DNA of 52,255 nucleotides, taken from Lobosporangium transversale (lineage: Eukaryota). Position numbers and translations under genes: made by a program. Position 1 is the first letter of the stretch, and the number at the start of each line of letters is the position of its first letter. Location: assembly GCF_002105155.1 (NCBI RefSeq), contig NW_019028982.1, positions 1,302,001-1,354,255 of the forward strand. Reading direction: 5' to 3'. The notes under the pieces are model-generated. The model had not been told where the DNA came from. It made no database searches and was given only the letters and a program-made list of their open reading frames with translations. This document shows, one piece after another, positions 35,375 through 49,298 of the stretch.

Positions 35375-38300
35375 TGCTGTGGGGATTGAATTATACTATT
35401 GCAGCAGTTGTATTGTATCAGTGGGATCGGTGGGAGAGAAATGATGAAGAAGGCAGGGCAAGTATAGTAAAGTAGAGGGGAAAAGAAAAAATGGCTGTAT
35501 TAAGAGCTTTTACAGTTAGACCAGTTCGTTGACTAGAATGTAAGTGAAAATACCATATCTACACGTCTGGCTATAGAGCGATATGTATACATTCTTAATT
35601 TTGAAATGTTAGGTAAGTGGAAGACATGGTACGTGTCTAATTTGCTTTTTTGGCTCTCCTGTTGCTTCCATGGCGATCCTTTGGCCAATGCAGTAACCGT
35701 TCCCACTTAACAGCTTGCAATTGTTGAGTATGTCAACCAAAGCTTGAATGCGTGACAAAATATGCGTAGATGTGCGTTCTTGCAGAGATGGAGTATCCTC
35801 AATTATGTGATCGACTACATCCGATCTAGCAAAGCAGGGCTAGTCTAATACCCTTCTTAGCTCTTCGGGTTATAACCTAGTTTTCCTTGTCTCTGTCAAC
35901 ACTCTGTTTGGCGGACCCGCACCACCTGGGTATGCTTGCAGGTACGAACATTGGGGCGTCATGGACGCTGCTAACTCCCATAACAGATGGCTCCAAGGTA
36001 CACAATCCACGATCATAAAAACTTACATTTCATGACAGATAGCTTGTAGTATCAATGACTTGTACACCAGTGTCGTCACGGTGTACCAAAGGCGCGAGCT
36101 TTTTCGTCATAATAATCATAAGCAGTACATAATTTAATATGATTCACAAAACATCGCTGATACTGATACACACACCAGCGATATCACTAACGGAAACTAT
36201 TGGTGGTTTTCACTGATCGGAGCGAACACCGACTCATCCCTGAATCTACTTTAGTGCGCGCAGAATGAGATACTAATGCTACTACATCCAAAATGTCAAT
36301 GGGCCAAAGAGCCCAAGTCTTTGCAATGATGGCACTAGCAGTCCCTTGTTCCAAACGTAAAGTGCCCTCTCTCTCTTGGAGGATTTTCCCATCATTGCTC
36401 ATCAACAGAGTAACAAATAAAATCCAAGTAAACTAGAAAAACCAGTGAAGTTCATAAGAACTGCTTCAAAACGCCCTATCAAAAATGAATTGAGACCAAG
36501 TGAAGAGACTCTTCAGGCGGTAATGATAGTCCCAGCAAGTGTTGGATGTTGCTGCGTTTACTTAGACCAAGTCTGACATTCCATGATTTACAGGTTGAAG
36601 CAGGATGAAGAATGTTCCTCCAATCTTCCTTATTACTTACAACGATGCACGTATAGGGATCTATCGTAAACAGATAAAGAGGGGGAAGAGGTCACCACCC
36701 AAGCGCCCGAAGAATGCGAAGAAGAACTTATGACCCTGTGGAAGGAGCTAGATCGCATAACAGGCAAAAAAGAAAGTGTACATTGAATCCATACAATGAT
36801 AGCGAGAGGCGTTCAAGCGCCTGAACAAACTAGCTGCAAAAAACGACCTCTTTCTACTCCGTTCTATTGGGAGAATCAATACAAGATATTGAAAGGTTGT
36901 GGCAATCCGGGTTGTCAAATAGATTAATTCGTTCTATTTGGCAACGACACGAACACATGGCTAAATGGACGGATATTTCAACTGTGCCACACATGATAAA
37001 CACACTGATGCCAAAAGAAGACAAATGAAGGCTCCAGTGTAGAGGAAGGCGACTAATTTGCCCACGAACGGATATACGCTTATTTTTTCAGCGATACGGG
37101 GTGGGGACTTGATGAATTCGTACAGGCAGTATTCAAGAGCGGCCTGGAATGCTCTGTGATAAGGGCAGCCACAACTTAGGATCACTCCTTGAAACACATC
37201 TGCGGCATGCGACAGTGATGGCTAATCTCTTGTGCAGCTGTCAACTGATGCTGGAATGCCTCTCACGCGAGCAGCTCGAGGTGGTAAAGGCGATGGATAA
37301 CCTTCGCATGCAAGCCGAGCACCAGAAGGGGTGAGCTAATCATTGTAAATATTACCAACGTTGCGGCATAGAGCCATCTTTCTTTGAAGATGGAGGAGGC
37401 AGAAATATATGCAATGAGTCAGAAAGCCGGTCCCCTATGCGCTATTTAACTAATATTCAGCTGTAGCCTCATGAAAATGAAATAGCAAATGTCACATTGT
37501 GTATATGTAAGGCAGCCTGGAGAAACTGCAAGGCATTAATAGTTATGTCTGTGAAGAAGAATTTTATTTTAAGCTCGTACATGTCAAATAGAATTATACC
37601 ATCCGGGTATTCGTCTGAACTATTGAATCCATATCAACAAAGTATTTAATTATCTTGAATCTGAGTAATGTGATGCGAAACAGGCGTCAAATGCAACGGC
37701 TTTGTTGTAAGCCTTGTCTTTTCCTTTCGCCTGTACTACACATGAGTGCTGAAGATTTTTATTTTTATTTCATTGCATATTTTATAAGCGACAGCCTCCC
37801 TGGTCCTGACGCATGAATATAACAGATCATAATGCGAGATGTACATGTTACATTGACATCAAGTTTTATTAATGAAAACAATAAAACAATAATAGCAGCC
37901 GAACAAGAAAGATAAATATCGGACGTGCGCATATAAAAAACGCACAGGGCACACTGTTGACACATTGCATGTGCGTCCCATCCTGGAAAGCACATGAATG
38001 TAAGAACATGGGTTACAATAAAGAAGTGATGAAATCTTGTAGCGCTATTGGCCAATTAGAACCCTTGCTAGACAACCAGTAGCAAAGCCCAATGCTTGTG
38101 ATTGTACAAATGTCATTCCACGAGATGGATCACTAATGGCACTATTTCGTTAAGTTTAGGTATGCAGGGCATTGATGGTATTGAGTAGATTAGTAGTAAA
38201 ATGTTAAAGAGATTTTTATGATGTATAAACTTTCCAGCTTGGTTACAAAGAGGATCTTGCGATTGAATGATCCCATGACCACACATATATAATTGGAAGA

Positions 38301-38689
38301 ACACTGTCCGCAAAGTAAGTGTTATAAATAATTTACACAGATAATTAAACATTGTTGTGCTTGGCTTGGCACATGCGAACAAACGCAAGGAATTTTTTTT
38401 TTTCCTTTCCTTCTGCGGAGCGGATGCGCAGTCCATATTTTCTCTCCTCTTTTCCTTTTTGCTCACTTTCATTTCTTCCTTCTTCCCTTTTTTACTTTGA
38501 TCTTTCTCTATTCTTAAAATTCAAACCGCAGTTCGCTCTCTCAATCCTCACTTCGTAGGTATTAATCATCTCTTGTAAACATTCATCATCCTACACTTGA
38601 TACTCCTCTCATTACTCCATGTGGTTTTTCAGCAGTGCTCTTTAAAAAAAAAAAAAAAAAAAAAAAGTATTCTGCTCTCGAGCTTAACC

Positions 38690-38724
<35 letters not shown>

Positions 38725-38901
38725 CGTTTCTTTTCTTTCTTCTCCCCAACAGCCGACCCAATACTCCACACTAATCAATTCCTTCGTTTACTGTGCTGTT
38801 TGTTTTGTCTGCAGACTCTTTTGTCCGTAAACTTTGCGAGCGCACATCCATACAACACATCCATACAACACATATCCATACAAACCACATATACAGCACA
38901 A

Positions 38902-39281
38902 ATGGCACCTTTACTAGAGCAGCTCAAGAACTTTATCCGTCACGGTAAAAGTGGCAAGGATATGAAGCCTCGGGATTCAGGCGCATCTGTCCACTCTTCT
39001 TCACATCAACCCTCAACGAAACCCAGATCTCGTGCTGGCTCCAGGAATTCATCACCTTCTAGGAATATTGCCACATCTGCAGAGCACCGTAGTACTGCAA
39101 CCAGCAACCATCAGCAGGATCATGATGCTATCACTGCCGCTGGAACCAATGCCGGTAACTTTAATAATACCAACACAGAAGCTGCTTCAAGAATTGTAGC
39201 CGAAGAAAAACAACAAAAGAGCAAGATGCCAGTGTATCCCGGGCTGGAGCGATACAAGTTGATTGAAAAGATGGGCGAGTA

Positions 39282-39314
<33 letters not shown>

Positions 39315-40414
39315 CAAAAAAAAAAAAAATATATTCAATGATGTGCGTTTACGTTACACTATGGCGGGAGGAACAATAGGGTGAAAGGAGAGGGAGAGGG
39401 GAAGAAAATGAGATAAAAGTATGATTGAAATGTGAATACTGCAGGCAGTGGGAGTGAATCATCCATTTACAAAAACAAACAAACAAAAAAGACGATATTT
39501 CTATCGGCCCCTTTGTGCCTTTGTGCCTCTTTGCTGCAAGGGGTGACTTGGCAGGAGCACATAACGGAATCAATTGGAGGTTGGGGATGGGCTATGAACG
39601 CCGTTATGCTTTTTTGTTTTTCATGCACTAGCAGAATGACAAAAAGAGAGAACAGAGCAATAGATGATGGCTCTCATAATTGGGTTTCTCCTTTTGTTTG
39701 TGTATTTCTTAATTCTGGATGACGCGATGATGTCATCACACCAGAAGCGCCCAGCTTTTATTATTGCGGAGAAAGAGACAAAACGACGATTAGTGGATAT
39801 TGACATTGAATTACCTCTGAAGACAACAAACAACTCAGCCAGCATTATGCTATTAGTCGTCATTGCATCGTCTTTCAGAAATTTTTTTATCTTTAGTCAA
39901 TGATCTGCGACGATGAAATGATCCAAACGCAAGTTGTTCTCACCTTTCACTCGTCCATGCTTTACAGTCTTGGTATATTATTTAAAGTAGCGGGGTTTCA
40001 AACTTACAGCACTTCTTCACTTCTTGTCTGTGTGGCGATTCAGAAATACAAAAAAAAAAAAAAAATACTGACTAATCGGTTATGAGGCTAACCAACTTTA
40101 CTCAATTTGCATGTCTGCATAATTAGTGGTGCATTCAGTAATGTGTACAAGGCACACGACACAAGGATGGATCGCATGGTTGCTGTCAAGGTCGTCCGCA
40201 AGTTTGAACTCAATGCTCACCAGGTGCGTTATGGCTATTATTTTTAATGCAGGGGAACAAATTGAATGGAAAAGAAATAACTGCCTCAACAACTACCAGT
40301 TAGGATTGCAAAAGAGGATTATAGGATATGGTGATTAGGCCTCCATCGATCATATTGATTATAGTTGTCTCTTATTCTTCAGGAAGTCTCCCTGGGATAT
40401 CGTGTCTACTTTGC

Positions 40415-40445
<31 letters not shown>

Positions 40446-42662
40446 AGCTTTTATGTTGATTGGATTTGGATAGGATGGGTTGTAATAGCAACAACAAAAA
40501 AAGCAAAAAAGATTGGAAGATACAGCAGCATTGCCTAAAGAGTGTTGATATGGGGAAAAGCGTTTCTTATCTTTTTTTATTTCTTTTACATTCTATACAT
40601 AAAATGGATATTCGACTGAATGAATGTTTTTATACTCACATTCTTATCACTATGCCATGGAAAACCCGCTGCCGTCCTCTGTTGTTCATCAACCAACCTG
40701 CGCCTACAGAATAAGCATCTCCATCGCGACATGAAAAAGAAGCCTCGCGTCACAGAGGTCAGCATCCCAAACCAACGAATTTGAGTTGTGTGTTTTATTC
40801 CCTCAGTTCCACTTCTTATTTGCCTACTTTTTCTTTATGTCTTTCCTCATCTTCATCGAGCTTGTCTTTATTACCCTAGTCGCTAGTTCTTAAGAAGGAT
40901 ATGAGTATATTAATATCGCTTTTGTTTTCATTCGTCATTTTCCATAATAGCGAGCTAACATTCTTAAAGAAGTTCAGATCATGCGCCAGCTGAAGCACCC
41001 AGGAATTATCGAGTTATACGAATTCTCAGAGTCGAGTGAGCATTACTTTTTGGTCTTGGAGTTGGCTCCCGGTGGAGAGCTTTTTCATCGTATTGTCAAG
41101 CTTACATATTTTTCCGAGGAGCTGACCCGCCATGTCATAGTTCAAGTAGCCCAGGCCATCCGTTATCTTCACGAGGAAAAAGGTGTTATTCATCGAGACA
41201 TCAAGCCTGAGAATATCTTGTTTGAGCCCATTCCTGTCATTCCCTCTCCACCAGGGGCCAAGCCCGAAGAAGACGATAAGGAAGATGAGGGCGTGTTCCA
41301 GCCCGGTATCGGAGGCGGCGGAATCGGTCGTATTAAGATTGCGGATTTTGGATTATCTAAAGTCGTATGGAACGAGCAGACAATGACGCCCTGCGGAACT
41401 GTGGGTTACACTGCACCTGAAATTGTCAAAGATGAGAGATATTCAAAATCGGTTGATATGTGGGCTATGGGGTGTGTCCTCTACACACTTTTATGTGGCT
41501 TTCCACCATTCTATGATGAAAGTATTCAAGCCTTGACAGAAAAAGTTGCTCGTGGGCAATACACATTTTTGAGCCCTTGGTGGGATGAGATTTCTTCGTC
41601 TGGTAAGCCTTATTGCATCAGCTGAAAAAGAAACACATTAAGCTTATTTGCTTATAAACTAAAAATCTGTTTTTGTCTCAATACTTCGTAGTCAAGGATT
41701 TAATTACTCACTTGCTGTGTGTTGATCCGAATGAACGTTACACAATTGACCAATTCTTGGCGCATCCTTGGATCAAGGCTGGGGAGACAGCCAAGGCAAA
41801 AGCGGCTACCAACAACACTGTTCCTGACATTGCTGTTGAGTCTCCTGATATTGTTCCAGAGAACAAACTGCTGAGCAATGTCAAAGGCATGACTACAGAC
41901 TATGGTGCTCCTAAGACGCCCTACAAGCGCAGGGCTGAGAACCCTCTTTCGCCTGGAATCGGCCTCAAGGAAGTCTTTGATGTCTCTAATGCTGTTCACC
42001 GTATGGAAGAAGAGTCACGTCGTCGCCACGCACCGCAATTCTCAAATCTTCATCCTGTTGATGCCCTCAACACAACGAGCCGTCAGCGTCAGGCATTCAT
42101 GTCCCAGTTGAATGAGGAGGATGAAGAGGAGGAGCGGTCATCATATTCTGATACAACTGGCTCGATCTCGAGCGATGATGAGGCAGTCATTTCGAAATTG
42201 AATAACGCTCAGATCGATATTAATAATGTTCAAGAAGAATCGAATGTCAAGGAAAGAGTGGATGAACAAAAAGCTCAAGAACTGAAATTGCTACTCCAAC
42301 AACAACAGCAAGAATATCAGAAGGCACAAGGTGAAATTGCAGCGGAACATCACCAAAAGTATTTGAAGCAACAGCAACAGGCAGGACACTCGATACCAGC
42401 TCAACAGCAACCACACGCCGTACGTGGCAATAACCAAGTTGGGCCAAGTGGATCAAAACCGCATCCTACTATTAGTAACTCGACCTCAACTTCAACCGCA
42501 AGCTCGGCCTCGACGACATCGACAACCCGTCGCCGTCGAGCTGGGTTTGAGTTAAATATCAACCATGCTACATTACTGAATCGTCGGGCGAAGCAGCAGC
42601 AACATCCTTCCATGATGCTGGATCAGCAACAGCAACAGGAATCTCCAGCCATGGCCATCTAG
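38902..42662 (+). CDS. SRK1: Srk1/Rck2-like CaMK-group (MAPK-activated) Ser/Thr kinase, multi-exon
   Basis: Exons 38902-39278, 40127-40223, 40710-40757, 40951-about 41602 and about 41692-42662. Motifs LKNFIRHGK, KMGDGAFSNVYKA, RANILKEVQIMR, HRDIKPEN, glycine-rich insert GIGGGGIG, DFG, TPCGTVGYTAPE and C-terminal FELN...ATLL.RR. Confidence 0.93.
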
Positions 42663-43470
42663 AGAACACAATATTACAATGTTTTCTATTACTATTGCTT
42701 CTTTTTTTTTATCCCATCTCCTTTTCTTTTTTTTTTTTTTGCTCAGTGATTGTTGCTCATTCCTATTCCTGTATCAATAGTTGTAATTATTAACCTCAAA
42801 AAGAACTAGCAAACAAAAAAAAAAAAAAAAAAAAAAAATTGACGATAATGATGATGATGAACATTGGCCATCTGTGATCAATTATAGTCAAGATAGAGTG
42901 AACAACGTGGGAAAATACTATTTTTGCATCTATACTCGAGTTTAATCGATAATAAATCGTTGCTATATGTTTTTATTAATGAGCAACTATTGATATGGCA
43001 TCAAAATTGAGTGGGCAGATGGATGGATGGGCGAATCAATTGTGTTCGACAGGTAGTTACTCAATAGTCAAGATCTCGGTCTAGCGTTGCTGTTATTCTA
43101 GAAAGGGCGCTTCCGAAGATAAAACATTTGTACATGTACACAGGTCCTTCAAGAACAAACTTTCAAAAGGCTTATAAATGCTTATTTTAGTTTCCATTTC
43201 TGTTTGTCTGTCGCCCTTTCTGATTCAATGAAAGTGGATGCGAAGGGAAAGAGGAGAAAATCCATAAGGGGTTTATGTGGGCCCTGCGGAAGGAAAAAAC
43301 AAAACAATTGCTCACGAGCGCATATTTCTCCAGAGAACAGACACGACTCCACATCCATACCTATTTACTATTTAAACCTTTTTCTTTGCTTGCACTTGTC
43401 CATCACTTCTTTTCACTCCCTATTCCCTACTCTTGTTCGCTCTAATACCTCCTCCCTCCCTTCTGTGCCC

Positions 43471-44959
43471 ATGACCTTGACTATTGTTCTTCAACAAGCA
43501 CGCCGTGGTGTTGCAAAGGTATTCATTAAATTTTCTCCTTTAACGTTTGTTACATGTTTATTCCCACGGGTCAGATATCCACATTCTGTAACTTGTTTCG
43601 AAAAGTCTTTTCTTTTGGAAACAGAAAAGTAAGGGACAACACGGCGTCTGTGGAAAACCCTCATCTTCCTCATCAACCTACATTGTCAACAACAGAGCAC
43701 AATTGACACTGAAAATAACTCATTCAACATTGGCCCATGAAGATGTCGTTTTTTCCTACACTTCTCATATTCCTCATGTTACACCTTTCGTGCACCACGC
43801 TGACGTTTTTTTTTTTTATTTTTTTATTTTTTATTTTTTTTTTTATTGAGTTTAGAAGGTGACCATTACTGCCTTCACTACCACAATCGGCCGCCAATTC
43901 TCTATATTCCGCCCCGTCTATAAGCAGGCAGCTGCTGATGATGAGCTGGTCGAGAACTTGAGCAAAGTTTATCCTTCAGCGGAGGAAGCTGTCAAGGATA
44001 TCCCTTCAGGTTCGACTCTGATGGTTGGAGGATTCGGACTCTGCGGTATTCCAGAGAATTTGATCGCAGCATTGAAGAAGCGTGCTTCAGACTGTAAGGA
44101 CTTGATTGTAGTTTCTAACAATGCTGGCGTGGATGATTTTGGATTGGGACAGCTCCTGCGTACCAAACAGGTATGAACTCGTATAAATATTTCAGCTACT
44201 ACTTTTCCCCACAACAGTCTCGTAATGTGGAATGTGAAAACGATGTAAATGTCTCTGTAAAGTGAAATAATCTAACAGCATATCTGTACTCCGTATTCTG
44301 TCTTGTTCAATCATATCTTCGTATAGATCAAACGCATGATCAGCAGTTATGTAGGCGAGAACAAGGAGTTTGAGCGCCAGTACCTCTCTGGAGAGCTCGA
44401 GGTTGAGTTGACTCCTCAGGGTACTCTAGCAGAGCGTGTTCGTGCTGGCGGTGCTGGTATCCCAGCTTTCTTCACTCCTACTGCTTATGGAACTGAAGGT
44501 ATGCACACAAGGTCAATCATCACTTTAGGGTTTTAGATGTATAGCGTTCTATCTTTGCTCGGTCGGGGCACTGCAGCATGAGAACACAATCTCTCTCTTT
44601 ACCTTCACTTGACTGCACTGAGATTCATGAGAAATGATAATGGCTTTATTCATCAGACTTGCTTCAATAACTCATCTATCTGTTCTCTTTATTCTAACTT
44701 ACGGGATTGGGACTCTAATAGTTCAAACTGGTGAGCTCACAATCAAGTATAGTCCGGATGGCAAGCCTTTGATCCGCAGCAAGCCTAGAGAAGTGCGCGA
44801 ATTTAATGGCCGCAAGTATATTATGGAAGAGGCCATCGTTGGAGACTACTCATTGGTCAAAGCCTGGAAGGGTGATGCCTATGGAAACCTAATCTTTAAG
44901 GGATCTGCTATGAACTTCAATCCGGTCATGGCGAAGGGTTCCAAGAATTGCATTGCCGA

Positions 44960-44991
<32 letters not shown>

Positions 44992-45926
44992 CGGTCAGAG
45001 TAGATGGTACAATATGAACTTTACGAAGGACGACGCAAGCTGAGCAAATTATAACAGATGAGAATGGCCTTTCCTGTTGGTTATCAAACTAGGTCGAGGA
45101 AATCGTTCCCGTTGGTTCTCTCAGACCCGAGGACATTCACTTGCCTGGCATCTTCGTAAAGCGCATCATCCAGGGTAAGAACTATGAAAAGAGGATTGAA
45201 CGTCTCACCTTGACTGAGGACAAACCTGTCGGCGTTACCAATACCTCTCCTGTGGTTGATGAAAGGGATGAAGCTGCTCGTCGTCGTGAGAAGATCGTTC
45301 GCCGTGCCGCTAAGGAGTTCAAGAACGGCATGTATGTCAACTTGGGTATTGGTATGCCCATGCTTGCGTCCAACTACCTCAAGAAGGGCGTTGCTGTCCA
45401 CTTGCAAAGCGAGAACGGTATCCTTGGTTTTGGTCCCTTCCCCAAGCCTGGTGAACAGGATCCTGATCTGATCAACGCTGGAAAGGAAACTATCACACTT
45501 CTACCTGGCGCCTCACTCTTCTCAAGTGATGATTCGTTTGCAATGATTAGAGGATCACACGTAGATTTGACTATTTTGGGAGCATTGCAGGTGTCGGCCA
45601 AGGGTGATTTGGCCAACTGGATCATCCCCCGAAAGATGGTCAAAGGAATGGGAGGGGCCATGGATCTAGTCGCCAGTCCCGGTACCCGTGTTGTCGTGAC
45701 GATGGAGCATCTGGCAAAGGGCGGCAAGCATAAGATCCTAGAAGAATGTACATTACCTCTGACTGGCGTTGGTTGTGTTGATAGAATTATCACAGACCTG
45801 TGTGTGTTTGATGTCAAGGATGGCAACCTTGTATTGACCGAGTTGATGGCGGATGTTTCATTGGACGATGTGAAGCGTGGAACAGGTGCCAAATTTACGA
45901 TCTCCCCCGACCTCATCCAGAACTAG
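43471..45926 (+). CDS. OXCT1: Succinyl-CoA:3-ketoacid CoA transferase (SCOT), mitochondrial, multi-exon
   Basis: Arg-rich presequence on exon 43471-43518. Motifs [40 protein letters not shown], catalytic QSENG and [10 protein letters not shown]. Stop 45926. Confidence 0.95.
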
Positions 45927-46469
45927 ACAAATAGCATCCCACTCTCCTTTTGTAAAAAAATATAAACACAATTTATTATTATTCCAGGCTTGTAAGATGT
46001 TGAGACAACAGGATGAATTCTCCTGACCAATCAGGCCGTGCTGAGGACTATAAGGAAAAGAAAGGAAAAAAGGCTGTGCACTAAAAGAAAATAAGGCAAG
46101 CGTGCATCAAGGGGGAGCGCAACAGAACATAATGGAAACTTGATGGAACACAATCGAAAACAACAGAAAAAAGAATGTAGAATTTTGTGGACAGAGAGAC
46201 CAATGTTTTAGAAGGAGATCGAAAAAAAAAGTGTCTTCGCCCACTCATAAATTCTGACACTTCAACTGCTGGGAATAGATAAATAGCTTTTCTTCACTTC
46301 TCTTTTTTCATCACTTTTCTTTCCTTTCTTTTCCCTACCTTTTCTCGCAGACAGACTGCATTACACCCCACTCATCTCTACGCTCTCATTCCACTTTGAA
46401 AGTGAAAAGGAATCATTTCTGCTCAATTCACACCCATAACAACAACAGTCAACTTTCATATATATAACC

Positions 46470-48684
46470 ATGTCGACCGAAACATTTTCATTCCAGGTAG
46501 GACACCCACCTCCTTATTTACCATTGGCCTCAAGCCCTTGAGTGCTCGATAACAGTAAAAAGCAATGATGTGATTATTGATCCAGACCATTACTTTTCGC
46601 TTGTTAAATTATATAGGCTGAGATCTCTCAGTTGATGAGCCTGATCATCAACACTTTCTACTCGAACAAGGAGGTCTTTCTGCGTGAGCTGGTCTCGAAC
46701 GCATCCGATGCCCTCGATAAGATCCGCTATGAAGCCTTGACTGACCCTTCCAAGCTTGATTCAGAGAAGGAGCTTTTCATTCGCATCACTCCTGACAAGG
46801 AGAACAAGATCCTCTCGATCCGCGATACTGGTATTGGTATGACCAAGGCTGATCTCGTCAACAACCTTGGTACTATCGCCAAGTCTGGTACTAAGGCTTT
46901 CATGGAGGCCCTTAGCAGTGGTGCCGATATCTCCATGATTGGTCAGTTCGGTCGGTGTCGTTTCTACTCAGCCTACTTGGTGGCTGAGAAGGTCCAGGTC
47001 ATCTCGAAGCATAATGATGACGAGCAATACATTTGGGAGTCGGCTGCCGGCGGTTCCTTCACCATCACCCGTGACACTGTCAATCCTCCTCTTGGTCGCG
47101 GTACAGAGATGCGTCTCTTCATGAAGGAGGATCAGCTCGAGTACCTCGAGGAGAAGAGGATTAAAGAGATTATCAAGAAACACTCCGAGTTTATCGGATA
47201 TTCCAATTCAACTTGCTGTTGAGAAGGAAACCGAGAAGGAGGTTGAGGACGATGAAGAAGAGGAGGTCAAGGAGAGCGATTCTAAAATCGAGGAGATTGA
47301 AGACGAAGATGAGAAGAAGGAAAAGAAGAAGAAGACTATCAAGGAGAAGAAGATTGAGAATGAGGAGCTCAACAAGACCAAACCCCTCTGGACCCGCAAT
47401 CCGAGGATATCACCAACGAGGAGTATGCCACCTTCTACAAGTCATTAACAAATGACTGGGCCGATCATATGGCTGTCAAGCACTTTGCCATTGAAGGTCA
47501 GCTCGAGTTCCGTGCCATTTTGTTCGTCCCCAGCCGTGCTCCTTTTGACATGTTCGAGACCAAGAAGAAGCGCAACAACATTAAGCTGTACGTCCGCCGT
47601 GTCTTCATTATGGATGATTGCGAGGACCTTATCCCGAGTGGCTGAACTTTATTAAGGGTATCGTGGACTCTGAGGATCTGCCCCTGAATATTTCCCGTGA
47701 GATGCTTCAGCAGAACAAGATTCTCAAGGTCATCCGCAAGAATCTTGTTAAGAAATGTCTCGAGATGTTTGCTGAGATTGCTGAGGATAAGGAGCAGTTT
47801 GCTAAATTCTACGAAGCCTTCTCTAAGAACATCAAGTTGGGCATCCATGAGGACTCTCAGAACCGTGCTAAGCTCGCTGATTTGCTCCGTTATCACTCCA
47901 CAAAGTCGAGCGACGAGATGACATCACTCAAGGACTATGTCACTCGCATGCCCGAGAAGCAGAAGAATATTTACTACATCACTGGTGAGTCTCGCACTGC
48001 TGTTGAGAACTCACCTTTCATTGAGGTCTTGAAAAAGAAAGGCTTTGAGGTCCTCTTCATGGTCGACCCTATTGATGAGTACGCTGTAACCCAACTTAAG
48101 GAATACGATGGCAAGAAGCTGGTTTCTGTCACTAAGGAAGGACTTGAGCTTGAGGAGGATGAGGAGGAGAAGAAGGCTCGCGAAGCCGAAGAGAAGTCGT
48201 ACGAAGGTCTCTGCACACAAATCAAGGAGATCTTGGGTGACAGAGTTGAGAAGGCTTGATTTCCAACCGCATCTCTGAATCACCTTGCGTTCTCGTCACT
48301 GGTGCTTTCGGTTGGTCCTCAAACATGGAGCGTATCATGAAGGCCCAAGCTCTCCGTGACTCCTCTATGTCTTCCTATATGGCTTCCAAGAAGTCTTTGG
48401 AGCTGAATCCCAAGAATTCGATTATTAAGACTCTTAAGGCCAAAGTCGATGCCGACAAGAATGACAAGACCGTCAAGGATTTAACCTTGTTGATGTACGA
48501 TGTTGCCCTCATTGTTTCTGGCTTCAGTATCGATAAGACTGATGTCTTTGCAGACAGAATCAACCGAATGATCAAGCTGGGCTTGGCTATTGATGATGAT
48601 GAGGAAGAGGCTTCTACTGCAGATATGCCAGCTCTTGAGTCTCAAGATGTTGTAGAGGCTTCCGAGATGGAGGAGGTTGATTAA
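46470..48684 (+). CDS. HSP90: Cytosolic Hsp90; reading frame broken by several small indels
   Basis: Exon 46470-46496 (MSTETFSFQ), intron, then exon from 46617 ([19 protein letters not shown]). Motifs [18 protein letters not shown] and C-terminal MEEVD. Indels near 46955, 47200, 47401, 47634 and 48255. Confidence 0.95.
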
Positions 48685-49298
48685 ACAGCGGCCTATTAGA
48701 ATTTTAATCATTAGTTTCATGTTCATAGTATCATTGCATGGCGGTTGTAATTAGTTCTTTATTTTTTTTCCTATTCGCCAAAATAAATGCAGTCTGATCA
48801 TCTCTATTACTGTATATTTGCATTTGTATATATATATGTATATTTGGTGACAGGCTTCGGGGATTGAAATACAAATGAAAATCAACATCCAGCCATAGGG
48901 ACAACTCTACATGAACGTGTGTCATTTTGCTAGCTTTGCTTTTTCTGATCCTTCAGCTTTCAGCAGCTTTCCAAGATGTAATGGAGAAAACCTTGTCTAA
49001 AGGACAAGAAATGTGACATTAGTACATGTAAAATGAAATTGTATCTGCATCCCATTTCATCGTAAAAGAGGAGATATGCTTCGCCTTTAGAAGAGCCCTT
49101 TCGATCCAAGCTATTTCACGGATCAGCATTAAGTTGGTTTGTTGGAGCATGATCATTGGTGACTTTCTTTTTTTACTTGAGCGAAAATTGTCCCCCAGAT
49201 CGCAGTATTGCCATTGGATGCTTTATTTTTTTTTTATTTTCTTTCAAGGTTGGATACGTGTAACATTCTGGAGGCTTTCTTTGCAGTGATAAATTGCA

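Noticed and set aside
39720..39825. Possible C/D snoRNA in kinase intron 1 (aTGATGt...CTGA)
   Set aside because: Imperfect C box, no terminal stem, and only about 8 nt of rRNA complementarity seen.
46170..46225. Heat-shock element upstream of HSP90
   Set aside because: Only degenerate nGAAn units (aGAAttTTGtgGAc); too weak to call.
46950..48260. Programmed ribosomal frameshifting in HSP90
   Set aside because: Multiple mixed +1/-1 indels without slippery heptamers; error or decay is more parsimonious.
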